DNA from: Squalus acanthias
Taxonomy: Eukaryota
Direction of reading: 5' to 3'
Length of the DNA: 64,000 nt
Assembly (NCBI GenBank): GCA_030390025.1
Contig: CM059433.1
Span: 9,612,001-9,676,000, forward strand
Position 1 is the first letter of the stretch. Every line of letters starts with the position of its first letter. The position numbers and the translations under genes are program-made. This document shows positions 37,672-50,445 of the stretch, in pieces. Under the pieces are notes generated by a model. That model ran no database searches and was not told the origin of the DNA. It saw only the letters and a list, made by a program, of their open reading frames with translations.

Positions 37672-40600
37672 TTAGGAGGTGTGGACGAGACGGTGCGGCG
37701 GTCTGATGGGCCGGCCGCAGCGGCTCTTGTAGGACGCCGGTGTACGTGCAACGGCCGGGCATGGAGCAGCCGGGTGAACCGGCTTGAGGGCAGGTCGGCC
37801 GCGTGGAGGTGGACGAGCTACAGGGACCTGCTCACCGGGCTCCGAGTGTGCTGGCTTGAGTCGGTCAACCGACACTTTTTCGGTCCTGTCGCCCACTTGC
37901 AGGGTGAAAAATTTGTCCCCAGCCTGTAGCACCTTGTAGGGCCCATCATACGGGGGTTGAAGGGGTCCGCGGTGGGCGTCGTGCCGGACAAAAACAAACC
38001 GTGCCTGGTGCAGGCTTAGTGGGACGTGTGAGGTGGATTCGCCGTGTCGGGCAATGGGCACCGGGGCGAACTGCAGTGCCGGTGAGGCGAAGTCATGGCG
38101 TTGCTGGTCGGCTGACCAGGGTGTTGTGGCGGTGGGCAGGAACTCGCCGGGTACGCGCAGTGGCTGACCGTACACGAGCTCTGCTGCCGATGCGTGGAGG
38201 TCTTCTTTAACCGCGGTGCGCAGGCCGAGGAGGACCCACGGAAGTCGGTCGGTCCAGGCGCCGTCTTGGAGGCTGGCTCGAAGAGATGCCTTCAAGGATC
38301 TGTGGAACCGCTCACACAGTCCGTTGGCTTGGGGGTGGTACGCTGTGGTGCGGTGAATGGTCACCCCGAGATTGCGTGCGACGGCGGTCCAGAGTTCAGA
38401 GGTAAATTGCGGACCTCTGTCCGACGTCATGTCGGAGGGGACGCCGAACCGTGCGACCCAGGTGCTGACGAAGGCTCTGGCGATGTCGGCGGTGGTGGTA
38501 GAGGTCAGTGGAATTGCCTCAGGCCAGCGTGTGGTGCAGTCAACGATGGTCAGCAAGTGCGTGTGGCCTTGTGACGGCGGCAGGGGCCTGACGATGTCCA
38601 CGTGGATGTGGTCGAATCTCCGCGAGGGGACGGTAAACTCCTCGAGGGGTGCTTTCGTGTGTTGCTGTACCTTGGCCCGTTGGCAGGCTAGGCAGGAGTT
38701 GGCCCAAGTACGCACATCCTTGCGAAGGCCGCGCCAGACAAAGCGGTTGGCTACCAATTTGATGGATGCGCGGGCGCCGGGGTGGGAGAGGTTGTGGAGA
38801 ATGTCGAATACCCGGCGGCATCAGGACGCTGGGACGACGGGCCGAGGTTGACATAGGGATATGTCGCACTTGACCGTGACTGCGGTCGGGCCACAGGCGA
38901 CGTCGGCTAGGCGTAGCCCTGGTAGGTTGGTGGGTGCGGAGAGCAGATCAGGGTCGGTGATCTGGTCTGCTGCGAGTTGAGCGTAGTCGACTGCTAGGTG
39001 TGCGGCGTGGATGGCGGGGCGGGAGAGGCAGTCGGCTACCACATTGTCTCGGCCGGAGACGTGTTGGATGTCCGTGGTGAACTCGGACACAGCCGTGAGC
39101 TGGCGCTGCTGCCTGGTGGACCAGGGGTCGGTTGTCTTTGCCATTGCGAATGTCAGGGGCTTGTGGTCGACAAACGCAGTGAAGGGGTGGCCCTCAAGCA
39201 AAAACCGGAAATGGCGGACCGCCAGAAACAGCGCGAGGAGCTCGCGGTCGAAGGTGCTGTACTTGACCTCCGGGGGGCGTAGTTGGCGGCTGAAGAAGGC
39301 AAGTGGTTGCCAGGCGCCGTCGACCCACTGCTCATACACGGCGCCGACCGCGTGGTCGGAGGCGTCCGTGGTGAGCGCTACCCTGGCATTGGGCCGTGGG
39401 TGCGCGAGCAGGGTGGCGTTGGCGAGCGCGGTCTTGGTGGAATCGAAGGCGGCGGACGCGTCTGCCATCCATTCGACTGCCATCTTGCCACTCCTGCCCC
39501 GGAGGGCTTCATACAGGGGCCTCATGAGGGACGCCACTTTGGGGATGAAGCGGTTATAGAAATTCACCATCCCGAGGAACTCCTGGAGGCCTTTGATGGT
39601 GGTGGGGCGGGGAAATTGTTGGACGGCCTGCACCTTGGTGGGCAGGGGAATGGCCCCAGCATGGGTGATGTGGTGGCCGAGGAAGTCGATCTTGTCCAGG
39701 CCAAACTGGCATTTGGCTGGGCTGAGGATGAGCCCGTGGTCGCTGAGGCGCCCGAACAGGATGCGAAGGTGTTCGAGGTGTTCCTGCTTGGAGGAACTGG
39801 CTACCAGGATGTCGTCCAGGTAGACGAACAGGAACTTCAGGTCCCGAAGGACCGAGTCCATGAACTGTTGGAATGCCTGGGCCGCGTTTTTGAGGCCGAA
39901 GGGCATCCGCAGGAACTTGAACAGGCCGAAGGGGGTGATTACGGCCGTCTTGGGGACGTCCGCGGGGTGGACGGGGACTTGGTGGTAGCCGCGCACCAGG
40001 TCGACCTTGGAAAAGACTGAGCGGCCGGCCAGTCTAGCCGAGAAGTCCTGAATGTGCGGCACGGGGTACCGATCAGGGGTGGTGGCGTCATTGAGGCGGC
40101 GGTAATCCCCGCAGGGGCGCCAACCTCCGCCTGGTTTGGGGGCGATGTGGAGTGGGGAGGCCCAGGGACTGTTGGAGCGGCAGATGATGCCGAGCTGTTC
40201 CCTGGTGGCAAACTCGGTCCGCGCGATCTCCAGTTTGGCCGGGTCCAGCCTGCGGGCGTGGGCGTACACTGGGGGGCCTGTGGTGGGGATGAAGTGTTCC
40301 ACCCCATGTTTGGCGGCCTCCGCGGAGAAGGTCGGATTGGTAAGGGCCGGGAATTCGGCCAGGAGTGCCGAGTAGTCATCCGTGGCCCGGGCGTGGCACT
40401 GTGACGCCATGTCAGCGGGTTGACGGGGGGCCATGGCGCCCAGGATGGGGGACATGGTGTTCATGTCCACGAGGCGGTGACGAGGGATGTCTACCAGTAG
40501 GCCGTGGGCGCACAGGAAATCTGCGCCGATGAGGGGGGAGAGCACCTTGGCAGTGATGAACTCCCATCGTTAGCGGCGACCAGCGAGGTCGAGGGTGACT

Positions 40601-41484
40601 GTCCGGGTGCCGTACGTCCGGATTTCCGAGCCGTTAGCAGCAGCCAGCGCCGGTCCTCGTTCGCCCTTTTGGATGTTGAGGGAGGAAGCCGGGATGATGC
40701 TGTGCTGAGCCCCAGTGTCGCACAGGAACCGGCGGCCGGTTTTGTCATCCGTGACGAACAGCAGGGAGCCCGCGTGGCCCACGGCCACTGCGGGGGCTGG
40801 AACGGGGGCGGACTTGAAAGAGCAGGGAGGTGTGCACCATTGTGCCCTGGCGCCGAACCGTGCGTGGTAGTAACAGTGGCCCGGGTTAGTGGGGCGCGGA
40901 GGCCCCGTGGGCCTGGTGACAGGCCCTTGTGGCCGCATGCTGGATGGTGAGGGGCGCGCCCAGGCATTGGCTGCCAGGTCCGGAGTGACGTCGCGGCTGG
41001 AGTGAGCGGACAGCAGCTTGTCGGCCTCATCGGCCAGGGCTTCCAGGTTCGTGAGGCCGGACGCCACGATCGCTGGGCGGATGCTGAGAGGGAGCTGGCA
41101 GATGAACAGCATGCAGAAGAGGGATCCGGGTGGGCTCTCGTCGGTGAGGGAGAGCATGTGGGAGAGGAGGTCTGACGGTGAGGCATCACCGAGGCCTGGA
41201 AGGTCGAGGAGGTGGCAGTTTCGCTGATATGCTGAGGCCGTAAATTTTTTAAGGAGCACTGTCCTGAGATGTGCGTACTTGCCTTCCTCTGGTGGGTTCT
41301 GCAGCGTTGTCCAAACCTTGGAAACTGCGGCGCTACTGAGTGATGTGACGAGATAGTCGTACTTCGTCCCATCTGTGGTGATATTTCGCAGCCGGAAGCG
41401 AGATTCAGCTTGGAGAAACCAGGCTTCGGGCTGGTTTTCCCAAAACTCCGGCAGTTTCACGGAAACTGCGTTCGTGTCCGCCAT
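37672..41484 (-). pseudogene. Single gag-pol frame broken by two in-frame stops (40570-40572, 38821-38823)
   Basis: The three ORFs share one frame. Gag KLPEFW..PEAWF and CYYH-x9-C-x3-C; protease DTGA; RT YLDD; RNase H TDAS; integrase HHCC/DDE; GPY motif. Confidence 0.95.
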
Positions 41485-41509
41485 TGCAGTGCTCGGAATA
41501 CGTTCTGAG

Positions 41510-41523
41510 CGTCGGGGTCACCA
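41510..41523 (-). other. Primer-binding site, tRNA-Trp
   Basis: Minus-strand tggtgaccccgacg, 1 nt after the 5' LTR, complementary to the tRNA-Trp 3' end (..cgtcggggtcacca). Confidence 0.9.
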
Positions 41524-41524
41524 A

Positions 41525-41786
41525 TGTTGAGGCTGCCGCGAAGCACGAATGGAGGCTGAATCCATATGTGGAAAACAAGAAACTTTTATTCACTGCATGG
41601 CACACAAAATGGCTGAGAAAGCTGCTCCCAGAATTCTCTGGCAAAACTCCCAGAATTCTCTGGGTAAAACCTGCCGCCCCGCCCCCTTCTGCCTTAAAGG
41701 TAAGGTGCCTTAAAGGGGAAGGTGCTGGAAATTTGTCCACAGATGGAAGAGTGGATTATGCCCGTTTTAGGTGGCGATCCGCCACA
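41525..41786 (-). repeat. 5' LTR
   Basis: Direct repeat of 37390-37651. Confidence 0.97.
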
Positions 41787-41896
41787 GGAACATGTTTTTT
41801 AAAAAATATAAATATTTCTAAACTTTCTCTCTTTCGCCTCCCTCTCTCTAAGTCACTGCCTTCCCCATGAGTGTAGATCCCATGGGCAGTGGTGAC

Positions 41897-42061
41897 CAAC
41901 GTTCCCTTTAAGTTGCATAGCCGCGTAGCTGTCTCGAGATCCCGCTCAGCCTGTGAGCCGACATCACAATGCAAAAAACCGCGCACGCGCAGAAGTTTGA
42001 ACGGGCCGCGCAGCCCGTTAAAGGGACCATGCGTCCCAAAAAGAAATTAGGGAGAGCATTG
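41897..42061. mobile_element. Small hAT-type MITE
   Basis: TIRs caacgttcccttta / tagggagagcattg and an imperfect 8-bp TSD gtggtgac / gtcgtggc. Confidence 0.65.
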
Positions 42062-42402
42062 GTCGTGGCCCTCCGATACTTTGCCCAACTGCACTTTATT
42101 CATGTGTGAGCCTCGACAGCAAGTACCAGAGAGCTATGTACCTGTAGAGGGCAGCACAGTTCTGCCTGATCCAGTCCTCACTTGACATCCCTCGGCATCC
42201 ACACCCCTTAGGGTTGGCTGTCCCACGATAAGAAGTGGGAATGCTGACTTATTGTCCTGTTGTGGCCAATTGTGGTCGCCTTACTGCGGCCCTTTGCTGA
42301 GATTAGCTAACTCAGCACAGACCGCTGATTGAACTGGGACCCCTCCGGCCTGTCCTGCCCAGAAACAGACTTTTTGTTTTAAATCTCTGAGCCATCAGGA
42401 TA

Positions 42403-42873
42403 GCTCATCTTCCGATTAGGCACTTTACAGCCTTCCGGACTCAATATCGAGTTCAACAATTTCAGATCATAACCTCGGCCCCTACCATATTTATATATTT
42501 TTTATCCACACTTTTGGTTTGTGCCTTTTCTTTTTTTTCTCTCTCTCCCACATGGCAGCTGTCTTCCATTCTGCCAGCGCATTTCACACTTCATCTCGAG
42601 CCATCTTTTGTTTCTTAACCTGTCCCATTACCATCTTGTCTCGCCTTGAATATCTCTTAATGTCTCTTTACTTCTCACAGACCTTCCCTTTTGTTCTTTT
42701 ATTTCCCCCCACCCCCATTTCCCAGCCCCCAAACTTGCTTTTTTATCTGTTTCATTTCCTGCTTTTTTCTCAGTTCTGATGAAGGGTCTTCGACCTGAAA
42801 CGTTAACTCTGTTTCTCTCTCCACGGATGTTGCCTGGCCTGCTGAGTTTTTCCAGCGCTTTCTGTTGTTATTT
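42403..42873 (+). mobile_element. Penelope 3' fragment (family A): GIY-YIG C-terminus, 3' UTR, pseudo-LTR
   Basis: Starts with LIFRLGTLQPSGLNIEFNNFR, ends in the hammerhead-bearing repeat, and is flanked by atagc on both sides. Confidence 0.85.
42772..42808 (+). ncRNA. Minimal type I hammerhead ribozyme motif (family A)
   Basis: AGUU-CUGAUGA-A-GGGUC-UUC-GACCU-GAA-ACGU-U-AACU. Confidence 0.78.
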
Positions 42874-43505
42874 ATAGCCGCTAGCTATCTACTCTTCAAT
42901 ACATGGGGGAGGAACTAGCTTTTCTAACCGAAATGCACGTTTTGCAAAAATCAATTTGATCAGCTCAGGGTTAGGAACACAGTTGCATAGGAAAATGGCA
43001 AGGCTTGCCGTCTCAAAGCGAATCAGCGCATTCTGCTAAAATAACAAGATTTCGAACAACACGACGTGATCTGTCCTGAATGGAAATTGTTGAGTTTTGA
43101 GGCGGTCCCGAAAAGCACTCTGAAGTTCCTAGTTTAATTTTGTTCATAGAAAGTGAGTCTGAATAGGGAACGTCTGCATCAGCAGTGTATTCTTACACAA
43201 GCTTACTTAAAATTCTGCAGTCATCCCAACTACATGAATGCTTTGCTTCATGAAACAGATAATGTGGTTTACTCATTCTAATCAGCTCTGTACTTTGCCC
43301 TGCTTTAATTTTATTGCCATTTTGCAACTAGACAGTGTACCATCAGCTAACAAGGATCTCACCCTCTCTGAGCCATCAGGATAGCCGTTAGCATACTCTT
43401 CAATACATGGGGCGGGGGAGCTCGTTTTTCTAACCGAAACGCACGGTTTGCAAAAATCAATTTGCTCAGCTCATGGTTTGGAACACAGTTGTATAGAAAA
43501 ACGGG
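42874..43505 (+). repeat. Local direct duplication of about 130 bp (42874-43000 vs 43381-43505)
   Basis: tactcttcaatacatgggg...ttttctaaccgaaa...gcaaaaatcaatttg...ggaacacagttg occurs twice. Confidence 0.85.
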
Positions 43506-44903
43506 AACTTCTACTGACTTGAGCAAAAGAAAAGGCTTGTCACCTCACGAGAGGTGGCACAGTTGAATGCTGCTTCAGCTGCCATTGTCTAGTATACCTG
43601 AATATAGTATAGGATTTGATCATCTTCTACGCCCCACGCTGAGAAGTGACCAGTGCTCAGCCGATTTAGCACAGGGCTCCTCTTTATCTTGTCCGTACAG
43701 CCTGTACTGGGAGTGTGTACAGGTGATACTTTGGGCGAAGAGGTTGAAAGATGCCTTTTTCTGTAAAATAGTTCCAGGAACAGTCAAAAATTAGTATAAT
43801 TATCGTAGCGTTTCACAAGACTTTTGAAACTTTCAGAGCGCATACATGTGCAGAAGTCTGCAGTCTGTATACATTTATAATTAGACAATAATGAATGATG
43901 AGAAATGTGACAGTGGGCACTTCACCACATGAAAAATCAACTGCAAAATAGCTTTGTTGTGGTAAAACCCAATACAAGAATACCTGGTCTTATTATTACC
44001 ATTCGATCCAGGACGGTAATATCCTCAGCAATTAATATTGATTTCAAAGCGATGTTAAACAGAGTTAAATCAATGACAGTTTCATCAGTACTTGGCATAA
44101 TGTGCAGATACACAGGTGAGCAGAGAACAGGGTGAAAACCAGGACATGGAGGAGTGGTCGAGTGATTTTCCAACACAGACAACCACGGTGCTGATAATGA
44201 TTCCACAGTGACTGAACATTGGATACAGTATAAAAGTTGAATTATACTTATATACAGAGCATCTTTATTATTCTCCAAGTAAACTGTAATCTCAGTTTTG
44301 ATTGTGGAGCAGAGCCGACTGGGATCCTTGAAAAGCTGAGCAACAAGAAATTATATGAACAATTTAAATCAGAACTGAGTAAAATAAATAGAATTATTAT
44401 GTCCACCTATTTAAAAAGAAAAACCTCGTTATTTCCTTTATTTTATTCGCATTACTTTACACTTAGCATCATGGAAAGTAAACAATCTTTTAATTGACCC
44501 AAATCTCTAGGCTTATACTGTCCAAGGTGTTGAGAAGATATTCCAGGTGCGTTAAGTCATAGACAAAGGAAATTAGAATCCAAGCTGAGACTGAGAGGTT
44601 GACTCAATAACTCCATGAGAAATTCACAAAATGTGATATTATTTTGAGGGAAATAAGTAATTTAAGAAAGATGAACTGTATATCATAGCACGCACTTTAA
44701 GCGGGAACTTCAAAGGTTTAGTCAACTGGAGTCACTGAATCATTGGAGGTTAATTTATTTTGTGATTATATTGGAGTATCCAATATCCTAAACAATAGCA
44801 CATTTTACACAAATCATGAACATGTACTTTATTAACTTTATCTTTCAGCAGCTATCAATATTTAAATGTTACTCAGAATGAGAATTGAAAGGCAGTACCA
44901 AAC

Positions 44904-44995
44904 CTCTTTGGCAGGACTTCATTGATTGGTGTTTCAGCCAGACACTTGTTGTTCTGCACCTGGTTAGTTGAAACACAAATGGTGGGCATTGGATC
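44904..44995 (-). CDS. Candidate exon, NUP153-like paralogue copy 2
   Basis: gtctaattccag|DPMPTICVSTNQVQNNKCLAETPINEVLPK..|gtttgg. The downstream phase partner was not securely identified. Confidence 0.35.
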
Positions 44996-46137
44996 CTGGA
45001 ATTAGACACAAGAGGAATGAATGTGATTCTCTCCATACTGCTGTGGATTTCCAGTCTGTCCTTACATTGCTACGTCAGATTTTCAGAATGTATTTGGGAG
45101 GAACATCCCTGCACAGTGCAGCATGAAGACTGAGGTCGCTGCCTCCTCAGGACAAAATAAATTGGAGGGTTTCTCTATTGGTGAGGGGTGGGACACACGT
45201 GTTATCCCCAAACCAGGCTTCCATCCAGTCTCCACATGAAACACTCACAGGTCCGGTACAGCCCAGCTGAAAGAATAATGGTTCCCCTACTCTTCCCCAA
45301 CAGTTTTAACCCTTAACCTCAGAACAGCACCCTAGATTGTGCAAGTAAAGCAGTTCCGTTTCAGATCGCATATGCCTTTGGTTTCCGAGATGGACAACTT
45401 AATGTTCTGGGCTCCCACTCAGTAGGAATCATGTTGAGACTGTGCAAAAGAATTGCAGGCAGGATGCAGCGTACGAAGACTTTCATACCATCAGTATATG
45501 CTCGATTCAAACCCAAAGTTCAGAGCTAAAGTGATAATGGGGTTGATTTTCATGCTGAGTGTATATCGGGTGTGGGCAGTGGACGGGTCCATTTGCTCCA
45601 CCCAATGAATTTTTGTAGTCGGGCTTCATTGACATTGAATAGGTGAGCTGCCAGCACTACTGGCGGTGTTTATAGGCAGCTCGATGATAGGGACGGTGGG
45701 AAATCTGGTGGGGCAGCTGATCTTAATGGGCCTACTGCAGCACCTCAAAGGGCAGGGGGGTGAAAGAGCCAGGAAGTGAAATGAAGCAGCAGGGAAATGT
45801 CTGCAATACCGCCAGCAGCGAGGAGACGACATATTGGCTGCAAAATTTGGCTCCTTCGCGCCCGCTGTTTCAGTGCTACGAGTGCCGTTTTGAGTCCAAA
45901 ATGGCGTCCGCAGTGTGAACACCCACTTCTGGTGTGAGTCGCGCCGGACGCCATCTTGGTGAGGGCGTTAGGCCACGTGCAGTGAGCGTCTGCCGGAAGT
46001 ATGCAGAGTAGGCAGATCATGATTTCTACTGGCTGTTGCTGCGATTGTACAAGTGTTTGGTGCTTTCTAGAGTTCTTCAAAGTTGCTAAAGTTTTTCCTG
46101 GCTTCAAGGATTCTGCACAAACCACTTGCTCCCAGAC

Positions 46138-47650
46138 ATGGGTGAAGTAGTCGGCATTCCCCTTGGACTACAGCATGACAGGGAGAATGAGTAGAGGTGA
46201 CACAGAGCGGGACAAGCTGCTGGAAGAGGGAGGAGGAGGGGGGGAAGGAGGAGGGGGAGGAGGGCTCTCAGCAGGAGGCCCTATCTTCCCAGGGTGCTCA
46301 GGGAGCAAAACCCCTACCTGAACCTCAGCGAGGAATGGTGTGTCAGACATCTGCGCTTCACTAAGGACGTCCTCACTGAAATCTGCCACCTGCTGCAGCC
46401 ACAACTGCAACCTCAGAGCAGGGCGAGGACCGAATTGACAGCGGCTGTGAAGGCGACCATGGCGATGAACTTTTATGCGTCGGGCTCCTTCCAGGCCGGA
46501 GCAGGAGCTATTTGCAACTTCTCCCAGTTTGCCATCTACTGTTGCACAAGGGAGGTCACTGAGGCTCTGTATTCCAAGAGAGCTGAATACATTTCATTCT
46601 CTCTTGCCAGAGAGCAGCAAGCGGAGCGAGCCCGCGGCTTCGTGAGGATTGCAGGCTTCCCCATGGTGCAGGGTGCCATTGGCCGCACGCACGTCGCTTT
46701 GCAGGCACCACATGTCAACTCTGAAATGTACCGCAACCGGAAGGGATTCCACTCCCTCAACGTCCAGCTGGTGTGCGACCATAGGCAGCGAATCATGCAG
46801 GTCAATGCCCGGTATCCTGGCAGCAGTCATGATGCCTTCATTCTGTGGCAGTCCACTGTGCCATCTGCATTTGAGCCAGCACGACAAACCGAAGGGTGGC
46901 TACTGGGCGACAAGGGCCATCCGTTAACAACATGGCTCATGACTCCAGTGCATAACAGTGTATCCCCTGGCTGGGGAGTCTAGAACCAGGGCTCACAGTC
47001 TCAGAATAAGGGGTCGGCCATTTAGGACTGAGATGAGGTGAAATTTCTTCACTCGGAGGGTGATGAATCTTTGGAATTCTCTACCCAAGAGCGCTGTGGA
47101 GGTTCAGTCGTTGAGTATATTCAAGACACAGATCGATAGATTTTTGAATATTAAGGGAATCAAGGGATATGGGGATAGTGCAGGAAAGTGGAGATGAGGT
47201 AAAAGATCAGCCATGATCTTATTGAATGACGGAGCAGGCTCGAAGGGCCAAATGGCCGACTCCTGCTCCTATTTCTTATGTTCTTATGTTATGTTCTAAC
47301 CCACGCACACGTGGGCAGCATGCGTACAATGAAAGCCACGCTGCCACACAAAATATCAGAGCATACCATTGGCTTACTGAAGCAATGCTTCCACTGCCTG
47401 GACCGCTCTGGAGTAGCCCTGCAGTACTCGGCAGAGTGGGCGTCAAGCTCGTGTGGTCTGCTGCATGCTGCACTACCTCGCCATCGTGAGGGCTCAGCCC
47501 TTGCCACCAGCTATACGACGAGCAGCTGAGGAGCAGGAGGAGGAGGAAGAGGAGGGGGAAGAGGAGGAAGAGGAAGGGAGGAGGCAACTTAGACAGCCCC
47601 TTTCTGGCCGGGCTGTCCGTGAACGACTCATCCGACTGCGATACCAGTAA
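46138..47650 (+). pseudogene. Harbinger DDE transposase, interrupted by CR1 and frameshifts
   Basis: GFPMVQGAIG.THV, YRNRKGFHSLNVQLVCD, ARYPGSSHDAFI, WLLGDKG, YNESH, EHTIGLLKQCF, CCMLH. Confidence 0.92.
46955..47290 (+). mobile_element. CR1 3' end nested in the transposase
   Basis: tctagaaccagg...ttcttatgttcttatg. Confidence 0.88.
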
Positions 47651-48267
47651 ACGCAACCCCAATTCCACTTTCGACAACAGTCCCACACCTTTCCTTTCCT
47701 CTGTTACTGACCATCACAGCGTCCACTTGACCACAATGCAAACATAAAAACCACCAGAAAATAAACATTCCACACCAAATTTATAAATCAAACCATGCCA
47801 TTTTGCATACAAACATCAACTAATTACCCCTGTGCATTCCCTTAGTGCCTGTCTTGCGTGTGCCCTTGCCTGTCCTAGTGCTCCTACGCAGTGCTACCCC
47901 AGTGGCTGCAGCATGGCTGGTGGAAGGCTGCTGACTTTCAGTGGAGGAGACTGCAGATGGCCTTGGAGGGCAACCTTAAGCAGCTCTGGGCCTAAAAGGC
48001 CCGGCTTCAGACTGCACCATCTAGGCCTGGGCGACAGCAGTCTGGCCTGGCTGGCTGACAGGCAACAGCAAGGGCACTGGCGGAGTGGCACGGGTGGGAG
48101 TACGAACACTGTCATCCTGAGAGAGGGCAGCAGGTTCATGCTCCACGAAGCCACTGCCACTGCCCCGGGGCGGCGTCTCAGCAATCCTAGTAATCTGTTG
48201 GAGGACAGATTGTTGGAATGCTGTGACACCCTTTGAACATTGGAATCCGCAGCCATAATGGCTGCAC

Positions 48268-48985
48268 ATGAACATAGAAACAGGAGGAGGCCATTCAGCC
48301 CCTCAAGCCTGTTCCGCCATTCAATCACATCATGGTTGATCTGCGACCTAACTCCATATACCTGCCTTTGCCCCATATCCCTTAATAACTTTGGTTAACA
48401 AAAATCTATAAATCTCAGCTTTAAAATTAACAATTGATCTAGCATCAATTGCCGTTTGCGGAAGAGAGTTCCAAACTTCTACCACCCTTTGTGTGTAGAA
48501 GTGTTTCCTAATTTCACTCCTGAAAGGCCTGGCTCTAATTTTTAGACTATGCCCCCTAGTCCTAGAATCCCCAACCAGCGGAAATAGTTTCTCTCTGTCT
48601 ATCCTATCTGTTCCCCTTAATATCTTGAAAACTTCGATCAGATTGCCCCTTAACCTTCTAAATTCTAGGGAATACAACCCTAATTTGTGTAATCTCTCCT
48701 CGTAACTTAACCCTTGAAGTCCGGGTATCATTCTGGTAAACCTACGCTGCACTCCCTCCAAGGCTAATATATCCTTCCACGGTGTGGAACCCAGAACTGC
48801 TCAAAGTACTCCAGGTGTGGTCTAACCAGGGTTTTGTATAGCTGCAGCATAACTTCTACCCCCCTTGTATTCTAGTCCTCTAAAAGACAGCATTCCATTA
48901 GCCTATTTGATTATTTTCTGTCCCTGTTCATGACATTTTAATGATCTATGTACCTGGACCCCCCAAGTCTCTTTGGACCTCCACT
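48268..48985 (-). mobile_element. CR1 3' fragment nested in the Myb/SANT gene
   Basis: ORF 48348-48761 is a CR1 C-terminus. Confidence 0.9.
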
Positions 48986-49980
48986 CTTTTTAGCAGTCTG
49001 AGCTTGCACGGCAGCAAGCTGGCCTTGCATGACTTCAGTCTGAGCTTCCCCTGCAGCACCCAGACGTTGGGTGGCTTCTGCTTGTGCTGCAATGGAAGCT
49101 GAGCCATCGGCCATCAGACGCTGCATCATGGTTGGGTCCACAATTGCACTACTGGAATTGGCCACCACTTCCATGCTGGAAAGGATGGGCTCCAAGCTCT
49201 GCGCAAAGCCCTGTGCAAGGTTGGTGCTAGACTCCTCCATGCTCCTTGACATTGAACGTAGGCATTCTGGCAGGCCTGCCAATGCACCAAGCATTTCATT
49301 GTGCATACCCATCAGCCTTCTTCTGTAGCCCGCCCTGTTGAAGTGCTCATCTGAGTCCTCTGCAGCAGAACATGTGTGCAACCTTGCCCTCCGGTGAGCT
49401 GGCACCTGCGCTACCCTTGCCCCCGCCCTGGCTGCAGGCCACTCGTGCCCGGTGTCTCACCAAGAGCGATCCCGCCTCGAAGCAATCCTCTACGCGCAGT
49501 GTCAGTATCTGAGCTGGTGTTTGCGAGTGTGAAATTGTGTGACGGTGTTTCTTCATCATCACTGTCTCTTTCCTCTTCCACCTGTTGCTCTTCCTCCACT
49601 GCCTGGCCAGGTTGCTGGTCTTGGGTATCTGAAAGGCACAAGGGTAGGGTTGCGGTGCGGGGAGGGTTGAAAGTAAGAGTTGCATGCTTACACCATCTGC
49701 AGCTTTGAAATAAAAAGACTTTGTAGAAGGTGAGGGAAGTGGGATTAGGTATGAGAATGTCGTCATCTTCAATGATTTCACCCCCACTGCTGGCCACGGC
49801 CTCAGCCACGGCCGCTCCAATGATGGCGACCACCATCTCCTCCATCAGGGTAAGGACACGTGGCCGTACCCTGTCCCCCACCGGTTAGCTCCTGCTGCCT
49901 CTGGTTATGTGCCAACTTATCCTGCAATAGAGATAGAAGTGTGTCAATGAGTGTCGTGAAATCTGTGATGTGGCTGTCAT

Positions 49981-50445
49981 GAAAGAAAGACTTGCATTTA
50001 TATAGCGCCTTTCACGACCACCGGACGTCTCATAGCGCTTTACAGCCAATGAAGTACTTTTTGAAGTGGAGTCACTGTTGTAATGTGGGAAATGCGGCAG
50101 CCAACTTGTGCACAGCAAACTCCCACAAACAGCAATGTGATAATGACCAGATAATCTGTTTTTTAGTGATGTTGGTTGAGGGATAAATATTGGCCAGGAC
50201 ACCAGGGATAATTCCCCTGCTCTTCTTCGAAATAGTGTCCATGGGGATCTTTTACGTCCACCTGAGAGAGCAGATGGGGCCTCGGTTTAATGTCTCATCT
50301 GAAAGACGGCACCTCCAACAGTGCGGCACTCCCTCAGCACTGCACTGGAGTGTCAGCCTAGCTTTATGTGGTCAAGTCCCTGGAGTGCAACTTGAACCCA
50401 CAACCTTCTAACTCAGAGGTCAGGTGTGTTACTAACTGAGCCACA
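49981..50445 (-). mobile_element. Full-length Deu-domain tRNA-SINE in the Harbinger intron
   Basis: Reverse complement of 19021-19467. Confidence 0.9.

Larger units (their letters stand above)
37390..41786 (-). mobile_element. Full-length Ty3/Gypsy LTR retrotransposon, CsRn1/Kabuki/Boudicca-type
   Basis: 262-bp TG...CA LTRs at 37390-37651 and 41525-41786, 4-bp TSD ggaa (37386-37389, 41787-41790), PBS, PPT, and domain order Gag-PR-RT-RH-IN. Confidence 0.97.

Noticed and set aside
40570..40572. Programmed gag-pol stop readthrough
   Set aside because: The TAA lies inside the protease, after the DTG motif and before IGADFL, and a second stop replaces a likely Trp at 38821. Both look like ordinary nonsense mutations.
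37636..41870. Many long plus-strand and alternative-frame ORFs over the Gypsy element
   Set aside because: Shadow ORFs of GC-rich coding sequence with no recognisable motifs.
43929..44335. Overlapping ORFs 43929-44135 (+) and 43937-44278 (-) with some splice-like signals
   Set aside because: No motif, and I could not fit either into a phase-consistent gene model.
46138..47650. Domesticated HARBI1 gene
   Set aside because: It has TIRs/TSD, a partner Myb gene, frameshifts, a G at an expected catalytic Asp (GAIG) and a CR1 insertion, so it is a dead transposon.
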